Assembly: GCA_027065695.1 (NCBI GenBank) | Contig: JAMONP010000032.1 | Coordinates: 20,084-84,083, forward strand | DNA from: Desulfuromonadales bacterium | GTDB lineage: Bacteria > Desulfobacterota > Desulfuromonadia > Desulfuromonadales > BM103 | Direction of reading: 5' to 3' | Length of the DNA stretch: 64,000 nt | Shown here: positions 54,414 to 62,319 of the stretch, piece by piece | Layout of the letters: each line of letters starts with the position of its first letter | Position numbering within the stretch: the stretch's first letter is position 1 | Translations under genes and position numbers: made by a program | The notes under the pieces: model-generated | Databases searched by the model: none | Told to the model about the DNA's origin: nothing | The model's input: only the letters and a program-made list of their open reading frames with translations

Positions 54414-56222
54414 ATGTCTCATAAAAAACTCATCTGGCAGATATTCCCTCCTTTCCTGATCATTATTGTCTGTGCTCTGCTTGCTATCACCTGGACTATC
54501 TCCCGAGAGCTCAGCTCTTTTCAGCTTCGCCAGGCGACCAGCGATCTTGAAGCCAGGGCATTTCTTGCAAGCAAGCAACTTACCGGCAACATGACTCTGG
54601 CAAACCAGGCCACAGTCGATCGTCTTTGCAAAGAACTCGGCAAGAGCACAGCAACGCGATTGACCGTCATCCTCAACGACGGCACGGTCATTGGTGATTC
54701 GGAAAACTCGCCTGGACAGATGGATAATCATAGCAACCGTCCAGAGATTACTCAAGCTCTGCAAGGACATATCGGCACAGCAACCCGTTTCAGTCAGACC
54801 TTACGGCAAAATATGCTCTATGTAGCGATTCCAGTCTTTGAGCAGGACACAATTGTCGGCAGCATCCGCGCGGCCCTATCGATTGCCAAGCTTGAGCAGA
54901 CTCTTTCGAAAATAACCCTGAAGCTTGTCCTCGGTGGCCTGATCGTTGCCTTGGTTGCGGCATTAGTTGCCCTGGCTGTGTCACGACGTATCAGTCGTCC
55001 GTTGGGGGAGTTGCAAAAAGGTGCAGAGCGCTTTGCCAAAGGCGACCTGGAGCAACCTCTGCCAGTCTCTGCAGTCACCGAAATCAGCGGTCTCGCAGAG
55101 GCAATGAACAGCATGGCAGCGCAACTGGACGAGCGTCTGCGCACGGCAATCCGACAACGCAACGAGCAAGAGGCAGTGCTGACCAGTATGATTGAGGGCG
55201 TTATCGCCGTCGATACCGACCAGGTGATACTGCGGATCAACGCTGCGGCAGCTCGCCTCTTCAATATCGACATTGACAATGCGGCTGGCAGGCATATTGG
55301 TGAGGTTACCCGCAAAGTAGACCTGCACCGTTTTATTGTAAGCACTTTGACCAGCAGCGACCCAATTGAAGCGGAACTGACCCTGCTGCATCAGGGAGAA
55401 GAGCGCTACCTGCAAGCTCATGGTGCTCCCCTGCGCGGTGCGTCAGGACAAAAGATCGGCGCTCTGGTCGTCGTCCACGATGTCACCCGCTTGCGCCGCC
55501 TGGAAAACCTGCGCCGCGACTTTGTCGCCAATGTCTCTCATGAATTAAAAACACCGATCACGGCCATCAAGGGTGCTGTAGAGACACTGCAGGGTGGCGC
55601 CGTGAATAATCCGCAGGACAGCCGACAGTTCCTTGGGATTGCCAGCAGGCAGATCGACCGGCTCAATGCCATCATCGAAGATCTGTTGGCCCTTTCTCGT
55701 CTTGAGCGAGATGCCGAAGCGGCAGAGATCGACTGTGCCCAAGAGAATCTCCAGCCTATACTTGCCTCTGCCCTGCAGTCCTGCGCGACTATCGCAGAGA
55801 TGCGGGAGGTCCAGGTCAGTCTGTTCTGTGCAGAGGAGTTAACGGCCTGTGTCAATGCTCCGCTACTGGAACAGGCAATTATCAACCTGGTTGACAATGC
55901 CATCAAGTACAGTGACGCAGAGAGCGTGGTCACGGTCGAAGGGTGGCAAGATGATGATCAGCTCAAGATCAAGGTTCAGGACCGCGGCCAGGGCATCCCG
56001 GAAGAACACCTGCCACGGCTTTTCGAACGTTTCTACCGCGTCGATGCCGCTCGCAGTCGTGCCATTGGTGGCACTGGACTGGGGTTGGCGATTGTCAAGC
56101 ATATCGTCCAGGCGCATAATGGTGAGGTGACGGTACACAGTACGCTCGGGGAAGGTACTGTATTCACCATCAGCCTTCCAAGGTTGCCGGTACGAGAAGA
56201 TTCTAATAATGGGATTGTATGA
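54414..56222 (+). CDS. phoR: Phosphate regulon sensor histidine kinase PhoR-like (TM, HAMP, PAS, HisKA, HATPase)
   Basis: H-box FVANVSHELKTPITAI, N-box DNAIKY, G-boxes DRGQGI and GTGLGLAIV. Confidence 0.9.
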   Translation: MSHKKLIWQIFPPFLIIIVCALLAITWTISRELSSFQLRQATSDLEARAFLASKQLTGNMTLANQATVDRLCKELGKSTATRLTVILNDGTVIGDSENSPGQMDNHSNRPEITQALQGHIGTATRFSQTLRQNMLYVAIPVFEQDTIVGSIRAALSIAKLEQTLSKITLKLVLGGLIVALVAALVALAVSRRISRPLGELQKGAERFAKGDLEQPLPVSAVTEISGLAEAMNSMAAQLDERLRTAIRQRNEQEAVLTSMIEGVIAVDTDQVILRINAAAARLFNIDIDNAAGRHIGEVTRKVDLHRFIVSTLTSSDPIEAELTLLHQGEERYLQAHGAPLRGASGQKIGALVVVHDVTRLRRLENLRRDFVANVSHELKTPITAIKGAVETLQGGAVNNPQDSRQFLGIASRQIDRLNAIIEDLLALSRLERDAEAAEIDCAQENLQPILASALQSCATIAEMREVQVSLFCAEELTACVNAPLLEQAIINLVDNAIKYSDAESVVTVEGWQDDDQLKIKVQDRGQGIPEEHLPRLFERFYRVDAARSRAIGGTGLGLAIVKHIVQAHNGEVTVHSTLGEGTVFTISLPRLPVREDSNNGIV

Positions 56223-56547
56223 CAAACATATCCTGCCAAAGCTGTTACACCTGGCATGCACAAACCGCCCGGTCATGCGACGGCGAGAGAAAGTGGTCCC
56301 TCTTGCCCATGGTCGGGTGCTGGAAATCGGCCTCGGTTCAGGATTGAATCTCCCCTACTACGATGCCGACAAGGTGAGCAAGCTGTGGGGTCTTGACCCT
56401 TCTCCAGAGCTGCACAAAATGGCCAGAAAGAGCGCACTGTCGGTGGACTTTGACGTTGAATTCATCGGTTTGTCGGCTGAGGAGATCCCACTTGAGACAG
56501 ATTGTGCCGATACTCGGGGGTATAAACTGCCAACAACTTTTATCTGA
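56209..56547 (+). pseudogene. C-terminally truncated class I SAM-dependent methyltransferase remnant
   Basis: Start overlaps the phoR end. Motif I VLEIGLGSGLN and post-I LWGLDPS are present. The sequence departs from the fold after ...EEIPLETDCADT and stops at 112 aa. From memory, intact homologues are nearer 200 aa. Confidence 0.55.
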
Positions 56548-56567
56548 ACTAATCCTCTTCTCACTCT

Positions 56568-56586
56568 CTCCTAACCGACTCCTAAC
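56568..56586 (+). promoter_or_regulatory. Pho-box-like direct repeat (CTCCTAAC twice, 11-bp period) upstream of pstS
   Basis: CTCCTAAC at 56568 and again at 56579, about 60 nt upstream of the pstS start. Confidence 0.35.
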
Positions 56587-56646
56587 AATAACCCGTCAAA
56601 CTCGCCTCCAAACATAACCTGAAAGACAACCGAGGAGACGAATCAC

Positions 56647-57702
56647 ATGGACAAGAAACGCAACAATCTGTTTCACATCATCCTGATTGCCCTGACCGCA
56701 CTATTAGTGAGCACAAGCCCTGCCCTTGCTGGAGTAACCATCAACGGTGCCGGGGCAACCTTCCCCTACCCTGTCTATGCCCAGTGGGCCTGGCTATACA
56801 ATAAAGATACCGGCGTCAAACTGAATTATCAATCGATCGGCTCGGGTGGCGGCATTCGCCAGATCAAGGCCAAAACGGTTGATTTCGGAGCGTCCGACGC
56901 GCCATTGCAAGCAGCGCAACTAAACGAAGCTGGACTGTTGCAATTCCCGATGGTCATTGGCGGCGTGGTTCCGGTGATAAACGTGCCAGGGGTAACGGCC
57001 GGCAAACTGAAACTCTCCGCCACAACTCTGGCCGACATCTTCCTCGGCAAGATCAGTGCGTGGAATGACGCGGCCATCGTTAAGGAGAATCCTGGACTCG
57101 TTCTGCCGGACACGGCGATCACCGTAGTACACCGCGCCGACGGTTCGGGGACAACCTGGATTTTCACCAGCTATCTGAGCAAGGTCTCGGCTGAGTGGCG
57201 GAACTCGGCCGGTCACGCAAAATCAGTCAAGTGGCCCACAGGGGTCGGCGGCAAGGGCAATGCAGGTGTCGCCGCCTACGTGCAACGCATCAAGGGCGCG
57301 ATCGGTTATGTCGAATATGCTTACGCCCTGCAGAACAAGCTGAACTACAGCTTACTGCAGAACCAGGCCGGCAAGTACGTTGCACCGACCATCGCAACAT
57401 TCCAGGCTGCGGCAAGCAACGCTGACTGGGCCAAAGCAGATGGTTTTTACCTGGTACTGACCGACCAACCAGGGCAAGACAGCTGGCCGATTACCGGTGC
57501 CTCGTTCATCTTGGTTTACAAGGAACAGGCCAAGGCCGAAATGGCCAAAGAAGTTTTGAACTTCTTCGACTGGTGTTATCGCAAGGGTGATGAGACGGCA
57601 GAAAAACTCGACTATGTACCGATGCCGAAGAGTGTCGTCAGCCTGGTCGAAAAAGCCTGGCGTGAACAGATTAAGGTAGCTGGCAAGCCGGTTTGGCCGT
57701 AA
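56647..57702 (+). CDS. pstS: Phosphate ABC transporter substrate-binding protein PstS
   Basis: Signal peptide, GAGATFPYPVY, YQSIGSGGGI, RADGSGTT. Confidence 0.95.
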   Translation: MDKKRNNLFHIILIALTALLVSTSPALAGVTINGAGATFPYPVYAQWAWLYNKDTGVKLNYQSIGSGGGIRQIKAKTVDFGASDAPLQAAQLNEAGLLQFPMVIGGVVPVINVPGVTAGKLKLSATTLADIFLGKISAWNDAAIVKENPGLVLPDTAITVVHRADGSGTTWIFTSYLSKVSAEWRNSAGHAKSVKWPTGVGGKGNAGVAAYVQRIKGAIGYVEYAYALQNKLNYSLLQNQAGKYVAPTIATFQAAASNADWAKADGFYLVLTDQPGQDSWPITGASFILVYKEQAKAEMAKEVLNFFDWCYRKGDETAEKLDYVPMPKSVVSLVEKAWREQIKVAGKPVWP

Positions 57703-57734
57703 GAGCAGGGACGCGGGACGAGAGAAGACCAAAG

Positions 57735-58664
57735 ATGCAGACGAAATCTCACATTAACTTTGATCCGGCTTTCCGTTGGCTGACACTTGCCGGCGGCCTG
57801 GCCATTCTGTTCCTGGTAGGCAGCATCTGCTACACCCTGATCATTGGTGCCATGCCGGCACTGAAGAAGTTCGGTATCGGCTTCCTGTTCTCACAAAGCT
57901 GGGATCCGGCCTTTAAGGAATTTGGTGCTTTAAGCAGCGTCTACGGCACCCTGGTTTCAACCGCCATCGGCATGCTCATAGCCGTTCCTTTGAGCCTGGT
58001 GATTGCCCTCTTTCTGGTAGAACTTGCACCACCGGCAGTCAGCCGACTGGTCGGCGGTGCCATCGAACTCCTGGCTGCCATTCCGAGCATTATCTACGGC
58101 ATGTGGGGGCTGTTTGTCTTCGCACCCTTTCTCGCCGACCATGTGCAACCCTGGCTGACAAGCGTCGCCCCTGGTTTGCCGCTATTCCAGGGGCCACCGA
58201 TTGGCATCGGCATGCTCGCCGCCGGCATCATCCTCGCCCTGATGGTACTGCCCTTCATCACCTCGGTTACTCGTGACGTATTTCAGATGGTTCCGGAGGT
58301 GGTTAAGGAGTCAGCCTACGGCATGGGCAGCACCACCTGGGAAGTGACCCGCAAGGTAACCCTTCCCTATGGTATTCAAGGCGTTGTCGGTGCCTGTTTT
58401 CTCGGCCTTGGCCGCGCCATAGGCGAGACCATGGCGGTCACTTTCGTGATCGGCAATCGCCATGAAATTTCAGCGTCACTGTTTGCCGCTGGCAACAGTA
58501 TCGCCTCGACCCTGGCCAATGAATTCACCGAGGCCTCTGATGACCTTTATCTGGCGGCCCTGATCGAACTGGGTCTGGTCCTGTTCGGCATCACCCTGGT
58601 TATACAGTTTATCGCCCGCTGGTGGCTGCGGCGCACCGCACGCAAGTTGGGAGCTGTTCGATGA
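57735..58664 (+). CDS. pstC: Phosphate ABC transporter permease PstC
   Basis: ORF trimmed to the ATG at 57735. Polytopic, with an EAA-type loop (ESAYGMGSTTWEVTRKVTLP). Confidence 0.93.
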   Translation: MQTKSHINFDPAFRWLTLAGGLAILFLVGSICYTLIIGAMPALKKFGIGFLFSQSWDPAFKEFGALSSVYGTLVSTAIGMLIAVPLSLVIALFLVELAPPAVSRLVGGAIELLAAIPSIIYGMWGLFVFAPFLADHVQPWLTSVAPGLPLFQGPPIGIGMLAAGIILALMVLPFITSVTRDVFQMVPEVVKESAYGMGSTTWEVTRKVTLPYGIQGVVGACFLGLGRAIGETMAVTFVIGNRHEISASLFAAGNSIASTLANEFTEASDDLYLAALIELGLVLFGITLVIQFIARWWLRRTARKLGAVR

Positions 58665-59506
58665 AACCACGTAGCCTGACCTATCGTCGTGGCATTGACT
58701 TGAGCATTCGAGTCATCAGCAGCCTGGCCGCCCTGTTCGGTATCATCATGCTCGGCTGGATTCTCGGCACGGTCCTGTTTAAAGGTGCGGCAGCCATCAA
58801 CTGGGCATTCTTCACTGAACTGCCTGCACCACCCGGGATGCCCGGAGGTGGCCTTGCCAACGCCATCCTCGGCACCCTGCTGATCACCCTGCTCTCTGTC
58901 CTGATCGGCGTCCCGGTCGGTCTTGCCGCCGGCGTCTGGCTGGCCGAGTTCGGCCAGGAGTCGAAACTGGCCGAAGTCATCCGCTTCGCCGCCAATCTGC
59001 TGATGAGCACGCCGTCGATCATTATCGGCGTATTCGTCTATGTGGTGATGGTACTAACCACCGGCAAGTTCTCCGGCACCGCCGGTGCCGTGACCCTGGC
59101 GATCATCATGCTGCCGGTGGTAGCTCGCACCGCCGAGGACATGCTGGCCCTGGTGCCAAGTGCGCTACGTGAAGCAGCCCTGGCCCTCGGCATGCCACGT
59201 TGGAAAGCTACTCTCGGCATCGTCTTCCGGGCGGCACAAACCGGCCTGTTGACTGGCACCCTGCTGGCCGTAGCCCGGGTCAGCGGCGAGACAGCACCAC
59301 TACTCTTCACCGCACTCAACAGCCCTTACTGGCCAGAGTCGTTCAACGAACCGACCGCCAACCTGACCGTGACCATCTTCAATTACGCCATGTCTCCCTA
59401 CGATGACTGGCAGACCTTGGCCTGGGGCGCGTCCCTGTTGATCACTGCTGGCGTTCTCGGCACGACCATCATTACGCGAGGATTTATCTGGTACAGGAGC
59501 AGGTAG
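58661..59506 (+). CDS. pstA: Phosphate ABC transporter permease PstA
   Basis: The ATG at 58661 overlaps the pstC stop (ATGA). EAA loop REAALALGMPRWKATLGIV. Confidence 0.93.
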   Translation: MKPRSLTYRRGIDLSIRVISSLAALFGIIMLGWILGTVLFKGAAAINWAFFTELPAPPGMPGGGLANAILGTLLITLLSVLIGVPVGLAAGVWLAEFGQESKLAEVIRFAANLLMSTPSIIIGVFVYVVMVLTTGKFSGTAGAVTLAIIMLPVVARTAEDMLALVPSALREAALALGMPRWKATLGIVFRAAQTGLLTGTLLAVARVSGETAPLLFTALNSPYWPESFNEPTANLTVTIFNYAMSPYDDWQTLAWGASLLITAGVLGTTIITRGFIWYRSR

Positions 59507-59562
59507 GGCTAGGGGCTGGAGGCTGGAGAGAGGGACACTTAACTGATGAAGGACAATAAACT

Positions 59563-60411
59563 ATGATGCAAACAGCAACGGCAACATTGCCACACCGACC
59601 ACAAGTGCGACCCTTGCCGGTCTCGTCAGTAAAAACTGAGTCACAAGTGCATGCCGGACAAATCAAGATTGCTACTCGCGGGCTCAACTTTTACTACGCC
59701 GACCAACAGGCCCTGTTCGACAATGAGCTGGAGATTGCAGCCAACCAGGTCACGGCAATCATCGGCCCATCAGGGTGTGGTAAATCAACACACTTGCGCA
59801 CCTACAACCGGATTTTCGAACTCTACCGAGGCCAACGGGTCAGTGGCGAGGTCCTTCTGGACGGGCAGAACATCCTTGATGGCGATTGTGATGTCCTGGA
59901 ACTGCGACGCAAGATCGGCATGATCTTCCAGAAACCGACCCCCTTCCCGATGAGCGTCTTCGACAATATCGCCTACGGCCTCAAGCAGCACTACCACATC
60001 AACCGCAGCGAACTGCGCGACCGGGTCGAAACGGCCCTGCAGCAGGCAGCTCTCTGGGACGAGGTCAAGGACAAGCTGAACCATCCCGGCACAGCACTCT
60101 CCGGTGGCCAGCAGCAGCGACTCTGTATTGCCAGGGCAATCGCGATTGAACCGGAGATACTGCTGATGGATGAACCAACCTCAGCCGTTGACCCGATCGC
60201 TACAGCGCGTATCGAAGAGTTGATCGACACACTGAAGAAACGCTACACCATTGTCATCGTCACACATAACATGCAGCAGGCCGCCCGGATCTCCGATTAC
60301 ACGGCGTTTTTCTATCAGGGACGAATAGTCGAATTCGGTGCAACCGACAAGATTTTCACCAACCCGGACAATCAACAGACGGAAGATTACATCACCGGAC
60401 GGTTCGGTTAG
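59563..60411 (+). CDS. pstB: Phosphate ABC transporter ATP-binding protein PstB
   Basis: Walker [10 protein letters not shown], signature LSGGQQQRL, Walker [10 protein letters not shown]. Confidence 0.96.
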   Translation: MMQTATATLPHRPQVRPLPVSSVKTESQVHAGQIKIATRGLNFYYADQQALFDNELEIAANQVTAIIGPSGCGKSTHLRTYNRIFELYRGQRVSGEVLLDGQNILDGDCDVLELRRKIGMIFQKPTPFPMSVFDNIAYGLKQHYHINRSELRDRVETALQQAALWDEVKDKLNHPGTALSGGQQQRLCIARAIAIEPEILLMDEPTSAVDPIATARIEELIDTLKKRYTIVIVTHNMQQAARISDYTAFFYQGRIVEFGATDKIFTNPDNQQTEDYITGRFG

Positions 60412-60437
60412 TTCGACATCCTCGCAGGAGAGCAGAA

Positions 60438-61094
60438 ATGAAAAACTTATTGCAAAAAGAACTGGGGCAGCTTGAAAAGCAACTGCTGTCTCTAACCGCA
60501 GTCGTCGAAGAAAACGTGCAGATGTCTGTCAAGGCCCTGGCAGAAAGAGATGTTCCTCTGGCAGAAAGGATGATCAAGGCGGACGAAGAGGTCAACCGTC
60601 TGGAAGTGAATCTCGAGGAAGAGTGCCTCAAAATTCTGGCGTTACACCAACCTGTTGCCAACGATTTGCGCATGATCATCGCCATCCTCAAAATCAACAA
60701 TACCCTGGAACGCATCGCCGATCAGGCCGTGAACATTTCGGAACGCGCGCTGGCCGTCGCCCGTTCACCGATCATCACTTGCCCGTTAAATCTGGACGGT
60801 ATGGCCAAAAAAGTTATTTCCATGCTTGAGAAAGCACTGGACTCTCTGGTTAACGCTGATCTTCAACTAGCGCAAACCGTGCTCGACCTTGACGACGAAG
60901 TCGATGATCTGCACAGCACCAATTATCAGCTTTTCAAGGATTACATTCGTCAGAACCCTGCAGCTATCGACACGGTTCTCAACTTCCTGACCGTGTCCCG
61001 CCATCTTGAACGCATTGCTGACCTGGCCACCAACATTGCTGAGGATGTCATCTATCTGAATGAGGGTAGAATAGTACGGCATCTGACCAGCTAA
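60438..61094 (+). CDS. phoU: Phosphate signalling complex protein PhoU
   Basis: 218 aa, two-repeat PhoU fold (LERIADQAVNISE and LERIADLATNIAED). Confidence 0.95.
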   Translation: MKNLLQKELGQLEKQLLSLTAVVEENVQMSVKALAERDVPLAERMIKADEEVNRLEVNLEEECLKILALHQPVANDLRMIIAILKINNTLERIADQAVNISERALAVARSPIITCPLNLDGMAKKVISMLEKALDSLVNADLQLAQTVLDLDDEVDDLHSTNYQLFKDYIRQNPAAIDTVLNFLTVSRHLERIADLATNIAEDVIYLNEGRIVRHLTS

Positions 61095-61312
61095 TCTCTT
61101 CCCACTCCGTTTCTTGTTGGGCAGTTCCTTCTTCTTGTGTAAGTAACCCAAGTAGGCTATGGTGTTGAGGCTGTCATTCTTGGGGGAACATATTGGCATC
61201 ACTACAGTTTTTCAATATTCTGCGCCGCTGATATCCTGCTTGACAGGGTGCTGCGGCGTTTTGTTGTTTTCCCCATTGGAAGAAAACTTTTCCTGCACTG
61301 GAGAACCCTCTT

Positions 61313-61915
61313 TTGAGAGAACTTTTCACAAGCACTTGGTGCCTCCCGGATTTAGCGAAGAAATCAATATCTCCAGGGCAAAAGCAGCTCTGGAAAGCTG
61401 CCGACAAGTTGCGTAAAAACATCGATGCTGCCGAATACAAGCATGTGGTACTGGGGCTGATTTTTCTCAAATTTCTAAAAGGGAATACTGCGGATCTCAC
61501 ACCTGAGGAACAAAAAGGTCGTATTGATATTGGGTATCAAACCATTTCTGATGAACACGTAATCATCGAATTAAAAAGGGCCTCTGTGAGTATACCTGTT
61601 GACAAATTAATGGCACAAATAAGGAAGTATAGGAGTGGAGCGCAAAAGATACTGGCAACCAGTAATTACAAAGATTGGCCACTTAAAATAATTTGTCTAC
61701 TTGGAAAGCAACCACCAGAATGGAACAACCCAAATGGACCAAAAGAAGTTGCCGATACACTAAAGACAATTGATGCACGCATTATCTACTACGATCAACT
61801 CGTCGATAATGCTCAACAAACATATGCCAGCTACCTTGAAGAACACAAAAAGAAAGACAAACTTTGGGGCGTGTTTAAATCAATTGATGACTTTGGAGTT
61901 GAGCCAAACCATTAA
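61313..61915 (+). pseudogene. Chimeric remnant: type I R-M methylase (HsdM) N-terminal fragment joined to a PD-(D/E)xK-like C-terminal fragment
   Basis: Residues 23-54 ([31 protein letters not shown]) match the HsdM N-terminal signature. The HsdM sequence then stops abruptly. The remainder ([20 protein letters not shown]...) is visibly A+T-rich and has a D...ExK nuclease-like motif. Confidence 0.55.
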
Positions 61916-62147
61916 GGAACCCTGGTGAATTACCTCCAGACTGGACAATCTCATATTGTTGAAGAGCAGCATTACTCAGCTGAACAGCCGTAATTGCAGA
62001 AGAGTTGATTTGGCCGTAAAATGCATGTCTGAATCTCTCCGCGTCACTACGTGCTGCGACCAGGTCGTCTTGTAGAAGCGGATCTTCTATCCCGGCATAT
62101 AATGATGACAGATTCCAACGAATTTCAGATGCAGCAAGGCTGTTCAT
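61875..62147 (-). pseudogene. 5' fragment of an M3B oligoendopeptidase F (pepF-like) gene
   Basis: ATG at 62147 after AAGGAG. MNSLAASEIRWNLSSLYAGIEDPLLQDDLVAARSDAERFRHAFYGQI resembles the PepF N terminus. Similarity is lost after about 75 codons, where the A+T-rich fragment abuts. Confidence 0.5.
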
Positions 62148-62224
62148 AAGTGCTCCTTGACTTCTCTTTGAAGATGTAAAGCATTTCAACTTGCAGGCTA
62201 TCCGCTGACAAGTTGACAACAAGA

Positions 62225-62255
62225 CCCCCCCCTTAGTCTTTCAGACGAAGGGGGG
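62225..62255 (-). terminator. Hairpin terminator candidate downstream of the FG-GAP protein gene
   Basis: Stem CCCCCCTT / AAGGGGGG with a 13-nt loop, and T-rich sequence on both sides. Confidence 0.45.
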
Positions 62256-62319
62256 TAAATGTCAGCTTTTTTCAACACTCATGGGGGCTGTCTATAGCTC
62301 TTACGCCAGCAGCATAAAT

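Noticed and set aside
60867-61202. Minus-strand ORF 60867..61202 and a possible integrase-like fragment (KNDSLNTIAYLGYLHKKK) next to phoU.
   Set aside because: Most of the ORF is antisense to phoU. The non-overlapping part is too short to assign to any family.
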